Shown: positions 50,723 through 61,271, counted from the first letter of the stretch. The stretch is DNA of 63,909 nt from Candidatus Magasanikbacteria bacterium CG11_big_fil_rev_8_21_14_0_20_39_34 (GCA_002787355.1 PCWN01000011.1:121101-185009); one strand, 5' to 3'. A program made the numbers and translations. The notes: generated by a model from the sequence alone, not told the origin.

Positions 50723-51634
50723 ATGAACACCCTTGTCCCATTTATTATTATCATTGTCTCTTTGGCTGTTATTATTGCCATTATTGTACGTCGATTTCCT
50801 CAATTGGCCCTTTTGGATATTGAAAGTGCTCCAGAAACCCAGGAAGGAAAAAAGAAGGATGACTTTTTGAAAAGTCGTGTGCATAAACAGGCGGAAAAAA
50901 ATAAAAAAGAACGTTTAGTACGTCTCCATCCCTATATTCAAAAACTCAAAGAAATTCAACTTAAATTTCGAAAATATGTAGGGAGAGTAGAAAAAAGAAT
51001 TATCAAAGAAAGACAAAAGGACATTTCCGCACTAACAGAGGAAGTAAAATTTCAAAAACAAGGTGAGGTTCGTTCACTGGTTCAAGTGGGGCAAAAGGCG
51101 GTGCAAGAAGGAAGGTTTGATATTGCCGAAAAGAATTTTTTAGACGCGGTAAAAGTGGATGCAAAAAATATAGATGCATACCGCGGTTTGGCAGAAGTAT
51201 ATTGTTCTCAAGATCAGGTGGATGAAGCAAAACAAACATTAGAATTTATCCTTCATCTCGATCCAAGCGATGATCATAGCATGATGAAACTTGGTGATAT
51301 CTATGCAGAAGAAGGAAAAACAGAAGAGGCTTTGTCATATTATCAACAAGCAGTTCTGGTGAATGAAATTTATGCCAGTCGTTTTGCCAAGATTTCTGAA
51401 CTTCTTTTTAAATTGGAGCAATTTGAGGCAGCCTATGAGTCTATTGAACAAGCGGTTGAGCTCGAGCCAAACAATCCTAAATATCTTGACAAATTGTTGG
51501 AAATTAGTATAATGGTAGGCACAAAAGAATCTGCTCTTCATGCATTTGATAAGCTTCGTCTGGTAAATCCGGAAAATAAGAAGCTCAAGGTGTATCGTGA
51601 AAAGATACATAAGATGTCAGAAGGGAAAGAATAA
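50723..51634 (+). CDS. Membrane-anchored TPR-repeat protein
   Basis: N-terminal TM segment LVPFIIIIVSLAVIIAIIV, a Lys/Glu-rich linker, then about four TPR-like units (AEKNFLDAVKVDAKNIDAYRGLAEVY...). Confidence 0.65.
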   Translation: MNTLVPFIIIIVSLAVIIAIIVRRFPQLALLDIESAPETQEGKKKDDFLKSRVHKQAEKNKKERLVRLHPYIQKLKEIQLKFRKYVGRVEKRIIKERQKDISALTEEVKFQKQGEVRSLVQVGQKAVQEGRFDIAEKNFLDAVKVDAKNIDAYRGLAEVYCSQDQVDEAKQTLEFILHLDPSDDHSMMKLGDIYAEEGKTEEALSYYQQAVLVNEIYASRFAKISELLFKLEQFEAAYESIEQAVELEPNNPKYLDKLLEISIMVGTKESALHAFDKLRLVNPENKKLKVYREKIHKMSEGKE

Positions 51635-51652
51635 AGAGATTATCATTAGTGA

Positions 51653-51725
51653 GCCATCTTAGCTCAGTTGGTAGAGCAACGGTTTTGTAAACCGTCGGTC
51701 CGGGGTTCGAGTCCCCGAGATGGCT
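51653..51725 (+). tRNA. tRNA-Thr (anticodon UGU)
   Basis: GCCATCT TA GCTC AGTTGGTA GAGC A ACGGT TTTGTAA ACCGT CGGTC CGGGG TTCGAGT CCCCG AGATGGC T. Confidence 0.92.
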
Positions 51726-51743
51726 CAGTGATGGTAATCAAGA

Positions 51744-51826
51744 GGGTCGGTACCGAAGCGGTCAACCGGGGCAGACTGTAAATCTGCTGGCATATGCCTT
51801 CGGGGGTTCGAATCCCTCCCGGCCCA
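51744..51826 (+). tRNA. tRNA-Tyr (anticodon GUA), long variable arm
   Basis: GGGTCGG TA CCGAAGCGGTCAACCGGG GCAGA CTGTAAA TCTGC TGGCATATGCCTTC GGGGG TTCGAAT CCCTC CCGGCCC A. Confidence 0.9.
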
Positions 51827-51831
51827 CAAAT

Positions 51832-51861
51832 AAAAACACACATAGAACTATGTGTGTTTTT
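51832..51861. terminator. Bidirectional terminator after the tRNA pair and the convergent regulator gene
   Basis: aaaacacacata gaac tatgtgtgtttt. Confidence 0.8.
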
Positions 51862-52642
51862 ATTTTCTCTTCTTTTTTTCTTTTTGGAGATATTCCCACA
51901 AAAGGTTGTAGATAAGTTTTTGTAAATCTGCAAGTTCTTTTGACTCAATGATAACTGCCATTTTTTCCTTCCATGAGGCAATAAGCATTTTGTTATCATA
52001 AATATTTACTTCGGGCGAAAATGTCATAGAACATTCTGGGAGAGATAGAGAGGTTCTCATTTCTTCGCTATCTTTCTTTGCACGTTTAAGGGACGTCTTG
52101 TTTTGAGGGAAGATGCCACGAATGGAAATTTGTGCCTCAACACGTCTTTGGTAGTAGTCCGGAAAAAAATTTGGGAGCGCGTCATGCATAGTTTCTACAT
52201 TTGCATATGACAAAATTTCTTCACTTGAGCTTAGTGTATCTTCATAGGCTTCACGCATGCCTTTTTCGCCTTCAAAAAATTGAACCTTTGGTTTGGTCGT
52301 ACTCTTTGGATTCACAAGTGAACGAAGCTCGGGAAGAATTTGTACTACACTCTTTTTCTTTTTTTCGAGTTGTTTTTCAAGTGCTTTCTTTTCATTTTCA
52401 AAATAAGAAAGAAGATATTTTGGATCGCGTGCACTATAGTATTGTCGTTTTTGTTTTTCAAATTTTGTAATGAGTCCTTTGTAGAGGAGGGAATGTAGGA
52501 TATCATAACAACTCGTTCGATTGATACCAGATTTCTTTGCAATATTGGTTACCGTCCCGGTATCAAGTTCAAGGAGCGTGAGATAAACAGCTATTTCTTT
52601 TTGAGAAAAGCCAAGTTTTTGAAGAATTTTCTGGGAAATCAT
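51860..52642 (-). CDS. TrmB-family transcriptional regulator
   Basis: LQKLGFSQKEIAVYLTLLELDTGTVTNIAKKSGINRTSCYDILHSL is the TrmB-type wHTH. ATG 52642 is preferred over the 52723 extension. Confidence 0.75.
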   Translation of the reverse strand: MISQKILQKLGFSQKEIAVYLTLLELDTGTVTNIAKKSGINRTSCYDILHSLLYKGLITKFEKQKRQYYSARDPKYLLSYFENEKKALEKQLEKKKKSVVQILPELRSLVNPKSTTKPKVQFFEGEKGMREAYEDTLSSSEEILSYANVETMHDALPNFFPDYYQRRVEAQISIRGIFPQNKTSLKRAKKDSEEMRTSLSLPECSMTFSPEVNIYDNKMLIASWKEKMAVIIESKELADLQKLIYNLLWEYLQKEKKKRK

Positions 52643-52993
52643 AGGGTTCTCATAAAAATAAAAGAGAGAAAGTTGTGGTTGTGGATAAGCTGTGAATTGT
52701 GTGTATTGTTGTGGAACAACCATCGACTAAAAAATTGTATAAAATAAGCGAAATTTTGTCAAGTATGCAAAAGAAAACATATTAGCTCTTGAGAAAAAAC
52801 ATGAAGTCATGGATAATAGGCAAGGTATGTGAGTTTTTGAAAATCATGCCCATCCACAGAATTGCTTTACAGCCAAAAACCCTCAGTGTATAATCCTTTT
52901 GTTATCTTTATCCCCACCAAAATACCTTGTGGACGGTATAACTTTGAAAAGCCGGAAGCACGGAGACTCTCTAATTCAATTAAGATTTTACCT

Positions 52994-54157
52994 ATGAAAA
53001 GAATTTTCATGGCATTTGGGACTTTTGCACTTGCACTCGTACTCGTGGGAGCAGGATGTGGAAAGACTCAACCAGATATGCAAATGCAAGACGAGAATAT
53101 GATGACGGACAATGGTCCCATCCAAGTTGGTTTTATAGGACCTCTTACGGGAGAGGCGGCAACGTATGGTGAGCCTGGAAAAAATGTGATTGCTTTGGCA
53201 GTGGAGCAGGTGAATGCTAGTGGAGGAATCAATGGACGTGATTTGCAAGTTATCTATGAAGATGGAAAATGTAATGGAAAGGACGCTTCAAACGCCATGA
53301 CCAAACTTGCGACCATAGACAATGTAAAAGCGGTCTTGGGAGGATTTTGTAGTGGAGAATCTCTTGCTGCGGCACCAATTGCCAATGAAAACAAGGTCCT
53401 TCTCTTTTCTTCAGGATCATCAAGTCCTGACCTTTCTGTACAGGGTGGAAAATACTTCTTTCGAGATTACCCAAGTGATGCTACACAAGGGAAAGTTTTG
53501 GCAGAAGCTGCCTACAAGCGTGGGTGGAGAAAAGTTGCGGTTCTCCAAGAACAGACAGATTATGCGGAGGCTCTCCAAGAAACTTTCTCAAAAAAGTTTA
53601 ATGAGTTAGGTGGAAGTGTGATCGTTGAAAAATTTCCAAGTGGAAGCTCTGATTTTCGAACACAACTTACGAAGGTAAAAGACTTTGGTGCAGATGCATT
53701 ATTTCTTACTATCCAAACTTTTAAACCAGCGGAGAATATTCTCCGTCAAAAAAATGAACTTGGTTGGAACATCCCGTTGATAGGCTCCGATATCCTTCCT
53801 GGTGGGGACATCGTTCAAAATTCTCCTGAACTTATTGAAGGAATGCTAGTTGCAGAGTATGGCGTTGATATGAATAATGAAACTCTTCAGAAGTTTATTG
53901 CAGCATATCAAGAAAAATATGGGGAAGAACCTCCATATCTCTCTTACGCACAAACAGAGTATGATTCTGTCTTTATTTTGGCAGATGCTTTGAGAGCTGT
54001 GGGAAATGATGGGGAAAAACTTCAGGAATGGTTTTCTCACCTTACGGATTGGCAAGGAGCCTCTGGCAGCGTGACTTTCGACGAGAATGGAGATAGAGTT
54101 GGAGGACACAGACTTGAAGTAATGAAGGATGGAAAAGCTGTACCAGTAGAAGAATAA
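52994..54157 (+). CDS. ABC transporter substrate-binding lipoprotein, branched-chain amino acid (LivJ/K) family
   Basis: Lipobox LVGAGCG. IQVGFIGPLTGEAATYG and DGKCNGKDA are typical of Peripla_BP_6. Confidence 0.85.
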   Translation: MKRIFMAFGTFALALVLVGAGCGKTQPDMQMQDENMMTDNGPIQVGFIGPLTGEAATYGEPGKNVIALAVEQVNASGGINGRDLQVIYEDGKCNGKDASNAMTKLATIDNVKAVLGGFCSGESLAAAPIANENKVLLFSSGSSSPDLSVQGGKYFFRDYPSDATQGKVLAEAAYKRGWRKVAVLQEQTDYAEALQETFSKKFNELGGSVIVEKFPSGSSDFRTQLTKVKDFGADALFLTIQTFKPAENILRQKNELGWNIPLIGSDILPGGDIVQNSPELIEGMLVAEYGVDMNNETLQKFIAAYQEKYGEEPPYLSYAQTEYDSVFILADALRAVGNDGEKLQEWFSHLTDWQGASGSVTFDENGDRVGGHRLEVMKDGKAVPVEE

Positions 54158-54173
54158 AAATTTTCTCTTGCAT

Positions 54174-54200
54174 AAAAGCCCGGCTCCCTCCGGGCTTTTT
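54174..54200 (+). terminator. Hairpin after the binding-protein gene (possible attenuating terminator within the operon)
   Basis: aagcccgg ctccct ccgggctt followed by ttt. Confidence 0.7.
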
Positions 54201-54278
54201 GCTTGAAGAAGACACATTTTTTGTGGTACACTAGGAAAGCGGCTTTGAGAGGAAGAAACAAGAGATTCAGTAATTTTT

Positions 54279-55163
54279 TTGAAAATGATTTTCAACCAAC
54301 TTCTCATAAACGGAATTATCGCAGGATCCATTTATGCCCTTGTGGCCAGTGGGTTTACTTTGATTTACTCGGCTACTCGATTTATTCATTTTGCACATGG
54401 TGCCATTGCTGCTGCTGGTGCGTATCTTGTGTATACTTTCTTTGTTTTACTGGGACTCAATTTTTATCTTGCCAGTTTTTTGGCCGTGCTATCTACTGCA
54501 TTGGTGGGACTTTTTTTCTTTGCCATTATTTATAGACCACTTCAGAAAAGAAAATCTTCCAATGCTATAATGTTGATTGCCGGGCTTGGTTTGATGATCC
54601 TTATAGAAAATCTTTTGTTACTTATTTTTGGAGCAGATGTAAAGAGTCTAAATTTTTTGGAAGTTGCTCGAGGAAAGGAAATTTTTGGAGCCATCATTAC
54701 ACCGCTTCAGATGGTGATTGTGGCCATTTCTGTACTTTTACTCATCTTTCTCCAATTCTTTGTCAAGAAAACTAAATTTGGGAAGAAAATGCTTGCGGTT
54801 GCAGATAATCCGGAGCTTGCTGACACGACAGGAATTAATGCAAAGGTTATCCAGTATGCAGGATTTGGAATTGGTTCTGCATTGGCGGGAGTTGCGGGGA
54901 TTCTCATTGGTTTGGAACAAAATATAGAGCCGGTAATGGGTGTTATGCTTATTGTAAAAGGATTTACGGGAGCTATCATTGGAGGGGTGACATCTCTCCC
55001 CGGAGCCATTTTGGGGAGCTATCTTTTGGGACTTTCAGAAAATTTTGGTATTTGGTATTTACCGAGTGGTTATAAGGATGCCATTGCCTTTGGGTTGCTC
55101 CTTATCTTTCTGTTGGTAAAGCCAAATGGAATATTGGGGATAAACAAGGGCGTTCGAGAATAA
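54279..55163 (+). CDS. livH: Branched-chain amino acid ABC permease, LivH type
   Basis: QLLINGIIAGSIYALVASGFTLIY...FAHG. Confidence 0.85.
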   Translation: MKMIFNQLLINGIIAGSIYALVASGFTLIYSATRFIHFAHGAIAAAGAYLVYTFFVLLGLNFYLASFLAVLSTALVGLFFFAIIYRPLQKRKSSNAIMLIAGLGLMILIENLLLLIFGADVKSLNFLEVARGKEIFGAIITPLQMVIVAISVLLLIFLQFFVKKTKFGKKMLAVADNPELADTTGINAKVIQYAGFGIGSALAGVAGILIGLEQNIEPVMGVMLIVKGFTGAIIGGVTSLPGAILGSYLLGLSENFGIWYLPSGYKDAIAFGLLLIFLLVKPNGILGINKGVRE

Positions 55164-55172
55164 ATTATTTTT

Positions 55173-56048
55173 ATGTTTTCAACCTATTTTATACATCTTG
55201 CTGTTATTATTACCATATTTATCATACTTGCGGTTTCTTTGAATTTGGTTTTAGGCTATACCGGAATGATCAATCTTGGGCATATTGCATTTTATGGTAT
55301 TGGTGCCTATGCTTCTGCGATCCTTACGATAAGTCATCAATTTAATTTTTTGCTTGCTGTTTTTTGTGGGGGATTAATTGCATCTGCATGTGGTTGGTTT
55401 CTCACGGTGATTACCAATAGGCTCAAAGGAGATTACTTTGCACTTGGTACGATGGGATTTTCTTTTGTTTCGTATGCTTTTTTCTTGAATTGGACTTCTC
55501 TTACACGTGGTCCTCTGGGAATCCCTGGGATTCCACGTCCAAAGATATTTGGTTATATTATTCGAACCAATGGTGAATACCTTCTATTTTCCCTTCTTGT
55601 TGCTATCTTGGTAATACTCTTTCTCTACTTACTTACCAGGTCTCGTTATGGAAAGCTTCTGGAAGCGGTGCGCGATGATGTAGTTGGGGTTCAGATGCTT
55701 GGAAAAAATATATTTCGTCTCAAATATCAAGCCATGATGATTTCTGCTTTTATCGCAGCCATTGCTGGGGCATTATATGGACACTATATTAGTTTTATTG
55801 ACCCTTCAACCTTTTATCTCAATGATATTGTAATTGTCCTGACTATTGTGATTGTGGGGGGATTGGCTTCTTTGAGGGGTTCTATTGTGGGAGCTCTTAT
55901 CATTACACTTATTCCAGAAGCATTACGTTTTGTACAGATGCCACCGTCCATGATTGGGCCGATGAGACAAATTGTCTATGCACTATTGCTTATCCTCATT
56001 CTCATGTATAGGCCAAAAGGGCTTTTTGGAAGGGTAGATTTGGAATAA
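55173..56048 (+). CDS. livM: Branched-chain amino acid ABC permease, LivM type
   Basis: LNLVLGYTGMINLGHIAFYGIGAY. Confidence 0.85.
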   Translation: MFSTYFIHLAVIITIFIILAVSLNLVLGYTGMINLGHIAFYGIGAYASAILTISHQFNFLLAVFCGGLIASACGWFLTVITNRLKGDYFALGTMGFSFVSYAFFLNWTSLTRGPLGIPGIPRPKIFGYIIRTNGEYLLFSLLVAILVILFLYLLTRSRYGKLLEAVRDDVVGVQMLGKNIFRLKYQAMMISAFIAAIAGALYGHYISFIDPSTFYLNDIVIVLTIVIVGGLASLRGSIVGALIITLIPEALRFVQMPPSMIGPMRQIVYALLLILILMYRPKGLFGRVDLE

Positions 56049-56068
56049 ATTTTTTTCATAGAGTGATT

Positions 56069-56797
56069 ATGATTCAAGTAAAGGACATAAAGAAAAGATT
56101 TGGAGGAGTGGAAGCTATAAAAGGTTCTCACTTTGTGATACCAGAAAAAAGCATCACCGCACTCATTGGTCCAAATGGTGCCGGAAAGACAACGTTGTTT
56201 GATATTATTACAGGATTTATTACACCGGATCAGGGAAATATTTTTTTTGAAGGGCACGACATTACCAAAAAACATCCTTTTGAAATCGCCAATATGGGCG
56301 TGAGTCGCACCTTTCAACAAGTTCGACTATTTAAGTATCTTACTCTTTTGGAGCATCTTCGTATGGTGGAAGATAATGAAGATATAAAAATTATTCGGAA
56401 CCTCTGGAAGCGAGAAAAAGTAGATAGGAGACAGTATGAGGACATATTGGAAAAATTTGGAATAGAAAGGGATTTGGATGCATTGGCGTCAGAGCTTTCC
56501 TATGGACAAAGAAAACTCTTGGATCTAGCTATGGCAGTACGGAAACCACACAAAATTTTGTTGCTGGATGAACCGGTTGCCGGTGTAAATGCCGTTGTGC
56601 AGGAAAGAATAGAGGACCTTTTATTAAAAATGAAGGAAGAGGGAGAAACCATATTGCTTATTGATCACGATATGCGTTTTGTACGAAAACTTGCAGATTA
56701 TGTTATTGCTCTTGATGCGGGTGTTGTATTGGTGGAGGGAACTCCAGAAAAAGTTTTAGCAGATAAAAGAGTATTGGAAGCGTACTTAGGAGAATAG
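56069..56797 (+). CDS. livG: ABC transporter ATP-binding protein, LivG type
   Basis: Walker A GPNGAGKTT, signature LSYGQRK, Walker B LLLDEP, C-terminal VLEAYLG. Confidence 0.9.
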   Translation: MIQVKDIKKRFGGVEAIKGSHFVIPEKSITALIGPNGAGKTTLFDIITGFITPDQGNIFFEGHDITKKHPFEIANMGVSRTFQQVRLFKYLTLLEHLRMVEDNEDIKIIRNLWKREKVDRRQYEDILEKFGIERDLDALASELSYGQRKLLDLAMAVRKPHKILLLDEPVAGVNAVVQERIEDLLLKMKEEGETILLIDHDMRFVRKLADYVIALDAGVVLVEGTPEKVLADKRVLEAYLGE

Positions 56798-56810
56798 CTA
56801 TTTATTTAAA

Positions 56811-57536
56811 ATGAGAGAATTTATGCTGAAGATAGAAAATCTCAACGCCGGGTATCACGAACTTCACGTCATCAAGGACGTGTCTTTGGAATTGAAAAGG
56901 GGAAGTATCTCAGTACTTATGGGTCCAAATGGAGCAGGGAAGTCTACACTTTTAAAATCTATTTTTAGTATAACGGATATTTTTTCTGGAGAAGTTTTAT
57001 TTGAAGGAGAAAAAATTACTGGATTACCAGCACATACACTTCTGCAAAAAGGAGTAGCTTTTGTTTCACAAGGGAGGGTAAATTTTGGTATGCTTTCGGT
57101 GATGGATAACCTCATGTTGGGGGCACATCATGTTGCAGATAAAAAAGAAGTGAAAAAAAGGCTTGAAAAGGTTTATGATCAGTTTCCCATTCTTCGGGAA
57201 AGACAAAAAGAATATGCTTTTTCTCTCTCAGGAGGGCAGCAACAGATGCTTGCCATCGGGCGTGCTCTTATGAGTGAACCAAAGCTTTTGTTGATGGATG
57301 AACCTTCACTTGGTTTGGCGCCAAAATTGGTAAAAGAACTTTTTGCCACTATTGTGGATATTCGAGAGCGATTTCAAACCACCATACTTATTGTAGAACA
57401 TAATCTCAAAAGTCTCATGGAGTTTGCAGATTATGGTTATGTCTTGGTTCAAGGAGAAGTCGTCGCAGAGGACGAATGTAGGAACCTCAAAAAAAGCGAT
57501 ATCATGCAAAAGGTATTTGTGGGGACCTTTGACTAG
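56811..57536 (+). CDS. livF: ABC transporter ATP-binding protein, LivF type
   Basis: GPNGAGKST, LSGGQQQMLAIGRAL, LLMDEPSLGLAP. Confidence 0.9.
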   Translation: MREFMLKIENLNAGYHELHVIKDVSLELKRGSISVLMGPNGAGKSTLLKSIFSITDIFSGEVLFEGEKITGLPAHTLLQKGVAFVSQGRVNFGMLSVMDNLMLGAHHVADKKEVKKRLEKVYDQFPILRERQKEYAFSLSGGQQQMLAIGRALMSEPKLLLMDEPSLGLAPKLVKELFATIVDIRERFQTTILIVEHNLKSLMEFADYGYVLVQGEVVAEDECRNLKKSDIMQKVFVGTFD

Positions 57537-57546
57537 ACAAACGCAA

Positions 57547-57999
57547 TTAGCTCATCAAATCTTTGAGCACTTCTGTCACATGTTTTTGTGGATTTACTTT
57601 TACGTAATGCTTCAAAATTTTCCCTTTTTCATCTATTAAAAAAGAATCTCGTTGGATACCCATATATTTTTTTCCATACATACTTTTTTCCGTCCAAACT
57701 CCATACTTTTCTACGACTTTTTTTTCCACGTCTGCAAGAAGAGGAAAATTAAGGTCATGTTTACAGGCAAATTTGTCATGCATATCTACCGTATCGCAGG
57801 ATACGCCAAGTACTTGTACATGATATTTTTCCAGTTGTTTGAGATTATCACGAAAATTTTGAGCTTCAATGGTACATCCTGGAGTAAGATCTTTTGGATA
57901 AAAATAGAGAAGAACTTTTTGTCCAAGATAATCTTTGAGAGCATGTTTTTTTCCTTTTTGGTCAGGAAGTGTAAATTGTGGTGCTTTTTTTCCTTGCAT
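57547..57999 (-). CDS. bcp: Thioredoxin-dependent peroxiredoxin Bcp
   Basis: VLLYFYPKDLTPGCTIEA, with the peroxidatic Cys context. Confidence 0.9.
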   Translation of the reverse strand: MQGKKAPQFTLPDQKGKKHALKDYLGQKVLLYFYPKDLTPGCTIEAQNFRDNLKQLEKYHVQVLGVSCDTVDMHDKFACKHDLNFPLLADVEKKVVEKYGVWTEKSMYGKKYMGIQRDSFLIDEKGKILKHYVKVNPQKHVTEVLKDLMS

Positions 58000-58076
58000 A
58001 TGAAGAGTTTGTTTACTATAATGGATAAAAGTAGAAAATAAAATATAAATTGTTTCAATTCTAGTATACCATATTT

Positions 58077-59147
58077 ATGCAGAATATTTTCAACATTCTT
58101 TTGGGAGTACATTTTTTAGGAAATACACTGCTTGATTACCTTATTTTTCTTACGGTATTTATTTTGGCAATACTTATTTTGAAAATTTTCCAAGGTCTTA
58201 TTTTGGTTCGTTTAAAAAAGATTGCGGAAAAAACAGAAAATACTTTTGATGATGCGATTATTGAGACATTTCAGAAAATTGGTTTTTGGTTTTTTGTTTT
58301 TTTATCTTTTGTAATAAGTCTTCGTTTTCTTTTTATTTCCGAGCAGGTTATGAGGGGACTCAATATTATTCTGGTTGCTTGCATTGCCTATCAAGTTGCC
58401 CGAGTGCTTCAGAATCTTATCAATTATGTTATAGAGTTATACCTGGATAAGGTTACCAAAACAGAAAAAGAAAAGAAACAGGGGAGAGCGATTTTGCGTA
58501 TTATTCGTGTGAGTATTTTAGGTGGTTTTTGGGTTATTGTGGGAATTATGGTACTTGCAAATTTGGGGGTAAATGTTACATCCCTCATTACCGGTTTGGG
58601 CATAGGAGGAGTAGCTATTGCACTTGCGGTGCAAAACATTCTATCGGATCTATTTAGTTCATTTACTATTTTTCTCGATAAACCATTTCAAGTTGGAGAT
58701 TATATTAAAGTAGGAAAGGACTCCGGAAATGTGGAACATATTGGTTTGAAAACTACGCAAATTAAAACATTGAGAGGTGAGGCGCTCGTCATTCCGAATA
58801 AAGAACTTACCAGCACACGAATACAAAATTTTCGTCATATGAAAAGACGCCGTGAAGCATTTACATTTGGTATTTTGTATAATACTCCCAAAAAACAACG
58901 GGTGGAGATTCCAGAGATGGTTCAATCCATTATTGAAGGTATAGAAGGCCTTGAGTTTGAAAGATGTCATTTTGCACAGTTGGCAGATTCAAGTTTAAAC
59001 TTTGAGGTAGTGTATTATGTAAATTCATCGGACTACACGTTATACATGGATACGAAACAGCAGGTGAATCTTGCTTTGATGGAAGCTTTTGAAAAGAAAC
59101 AAATAGAATTTGCCTATCCAACGCAGACGATTTACTTGGAAAAATAA
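58077..59147 (+). CDS. MscS-family mechanosensitive channel
   Basis: TM3-beta domain signature LSDLFSSFTIFLDKPFQVGDYIKVG..GNVEHIGLKTTQIKTLRGEALVIPN. Confidence 0.85.
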   Translation: MQNIFNILLGVHFLGNTLLDYLIFLTVFILAILILKIFQGLILVRLKKIAEKTENTFDDAIIETFQKIGFWFFVFLSFVISLRFLFISEQVMRGLNIILVACIAYQVARVLQNLINYVIELYLDKVTKTEKEKKQGRAILRIIRVSILGGFWVIVGIMVLANLGVNVTSLITGLGIGGVAIALAVQNILSDLFSSFTIFLDKPFQVGDYIKVGKDSGNVEHIGLKTTQIKTLRGEALVIPNKELTSTRIQNFRHMKRRREAFTFGILYNTPKKQRVEIPEMVQSIIEGIEGLEFERCHFAQLADSSLNFEVVYYVNSSDYTLYMDTKQQVNLALMEAFEKKQIEFAYPTQTIYLEK

Positions 59148-59148
59148 A

Positions 59149-59186
59149 GAAACAAAAAATTGGATGAGCATCCAATTTTTTGTTTC
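59149..59186. terminator. Long bidirectional hairpin between mscS and the convergent 59195 gene
   Basis: gaaacaaaaaattggatg / catccaattttttgtttc. Confidence 0.8.
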
Positions 59187-59194
59187 AAGAAATA

Positions 59195-60973
59195 TTATTG
59201 AAGATATTGTTGAGTATTTTTGTTGTAATCAAAAATTTTTGTTCCAAATTTTTCAAATGATACATTCAACATTTCATGAGTATATGTGTCTTCTGCTGTG
59301 ATATTCATATTCTTTAAAATCTCAGGAAGTTGGTTGTCCTTTTGTGGAACGACTTCTACCTCAAATCCAATGCGCGTGTAATCATAGGGAGGTAATTGTG
59401 AAAAGATCCAAGAAAAGTCTTTATTACTCAAGGAAAGATTTGGTCCATTGCTCACGGAAGTATTCTTGGTAAATTCTACAGAAGATCCGAGACTTCCTTG
59501 GAGTTTCAGATTTGAGAGTTCATTGGCAGTATTACCAATATTAAGAAGGACCCAAAATTTTGTGGGCATACCCTTTTTGAGTGGAAGTGGACCACGTCCA
59601 ATTTGATCTAACCCTTCGGTGTAGTATTGGATGGATGGTTCTAAGGTAAGTGCACTACTGATTGGGAGAGGTTGTATGGAAATATTTTTCGTATAGGCTT
59701 GAGATACCCCTTCTATCTTTGCACGCAATCGCAAAACAGGCTTAATATTCAGCTGTGTTCCACCACTTGGTTTGGAAACAATGGGAATATCGAGTGGATC
59801 TAGAGTAAGTATTTCTCCTGGCGCTAGATCTTTATTGAGGTGTATAACTTGAAGACCATCTTCTTGACTTGTATTGTAGCGTGTTCTGAATTTTTGAGTG
59901 TTTACAATATTTTCTGGAAGGAGTAATTCAATGTCCATATCTGAAATGGAAACATTGCCTTGATTTTCCAGTTTTATGGAAAGAGAGATTTCTTTCCCAG
60001 GAGACCCAAAGAGATTACTCCAAGTAGAGAATCCAAAAATATTGGGAGTAATAATGGCTCTTTCTTGTTCCTCCGTGTCCTGAAGGAAATTTTCATTTTG
60101 AAAATGTATTACGGGAGTTATAGAAAAAGAAAGCGTATCTTCAGAAATATTTGAATTATCAAGTTCAGCGGTAAGTTGAATATTTTGTCCTGCTGCTAGG
60201 GTATCAATATCCCATATAAATTCTTTCCCTATACTTCCTACATTCGTTTGTATATTTTTGAGAATATTTTTATAGGCAGAAAGGTCAAGAGAGATATTTT
60301 CCATGTCAGATTCAGAAGTATTTCGAAGTGTTACAGAAAGTGGGGAATGTGTACCTCGGATAAGATTTTTTTCAAGATTTACTTGTGTTTCCAAAGCAGA
60401 ACTCTCTGGTGTAATTCTGATTGAGTCGGCTTTATAAATAGGAAAAATACTTTTTTCCATTTTGAATTGTAGCGTCGCATGTGCAATTTGTTCTTTGTGG
60501 ACACTTCCAACAAAGAAACCCTTTACAACGATAAGTTGTTCCTGTTTGGGGGGAATATCTTGAAGCTGGATCTTTTTGGTATCTTCAGAGATAAAAGTAG
60601 GAGTTTCTAGTTTTGTAGTTCGAAACCCTTTTGGAGGAATGAACTGCAAAAGGGGGGAGGCGATGATATTTTTGGTGGCCTTATTTTTTATATAGATATA
60701 AAAAGTGAGCTCTTCTCCGCTTTTGAGTGGAGTTGTGGTATCTTTTTGTTCTGCTGTAATATGTATTTCTACATCTTGAATAGGTTGAGGAACATAAAAA
60801 AACCATAGCAGGGATGTTATGGCAAAAAAGGCTATGACCAGTATGAGAAACATATCAAACACAAAAAGCTTCTTTGCGTGACGAAAGTAAGGCTTGTACC
60901 TTCTATTAAAGAGATTTCGCAACAGCAACAGTGGATTCCAGGTCATAATGCGAATTTTAAGGTGATGACTCAT
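59195..60973 (-). CDS. Membrane-anchored protein with repeated DUF11/CARDB-like beta-sandwich modules (hypothetical)
   Basis: N-terminal TM segment LFVFDMFLILVIAFFAITSLLWFFYV. Recurrent segments resemble '...L.N.G...i.......LP....' (e.g. IKLENQGNVSISDMDIELLLPENI, VTLRNTSESDMENISLDL). Confidence 0.55.
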   Translation of the reverse strand: MSHHLKIRIMTWNPLLLLRNLFNRRYKPYFRHAKKLFVFDMFLILVIAFFAITSLLWFFYVPQPIQDVEIHITAEQKDTTTPLKSGEELTFYIYIKNKATKNIIASPLLQFIPPKGFRTTKLETPTFISEDTKKIQLQDIPPKQEQLIVVKGFFVGSVHKEQIAHATLQFKMEKSIFPIYKADSIRITPESSALETQVNLEKNLIRGTHSPLSVTLRNTSESDMENISLDLSAYKNILKNIQTNVGSIGKEFIWDIDTLAAGQNIQLTAELDNSNISEDTLSFSITPVIHFQNENFLQDTEEQERAIITPNIFGFSTWSNLFGSPGKEISLSIKLENQGNVSISDMDIELLLPENIVNTQKFRTRYNTSQEDGLQVIHLNKDLAPGEILTLDPLDIPIVSKPSGGTQLNIKPVLRLRAKIEGVSQAYTKNISIQPLPISSALTLEPSIQYYTEGLDQIGRGPLPLKKGMPTKFWVLLNIGNTANELSNLKLQGSLGSSVEFTKNTSVSNGPNLSLSNKDFSWIFSQLPPYDYTRIGFEVEVVPQKDNQLPEILKNMNITAEDTYTHEMLNVSFEKFGTKIFDYNKNTQQYLQ

Positions 60974-61271
60974 CTTTTTTGAGACTTTTAGGAGTGGGAG
61001 AGTAGAGGGTATTTCGGATCTTCCATCTATCTACGAACTGTCCTATCCCATGGGTATTTGATTTGTTTTTAATCGTGGTTTTATCCTGAGACCATTTTAC
61101 CAGACTTTCAAAATTTATTTTATAGCGTCCACCAACCACGATGTAGGTGATTTCATCGTTTTTGAGAGCTCGGCGGATTGTTTGGGCATTAACCCCAAAA
61201 AGCCTGGCTGCTTCCGATACAGAGACACGAATGAGCTGTCCGGGTGTTTTTTCGAGATTTCCTTGTTCCAT
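60957..61271 (-). CDS. Excisionase-family/MerR-like helix-turn-helix DNA-binding protein
   Basis: VSVSEAARLFGVNAQTIRRALKNDEITYIVVGGRYKINFESLVKW. Confidence 0.6.
   Translation of the reverse strand: MEQGNLEKTPGQLIRVSVSEAARLFGVNAQTIRRALKNDEITYIVVGGRYKINFESLVKWSQDKTTIKNKSNTHGIGQFVDRWKIRNTLYSPTPKSLKKDESSP

Noticed and set aside
60957-61271. The excisionase-family HTH gene as a marker of a prophage or integrative element
   Set aside because: There is no integrase, no flanking direct repeats, no adjacency to a tRNA target, and no compositional shift. In this context it is more likely an ordinary small DNA-binding regulator co-transcribed with the membrane repeat protein.
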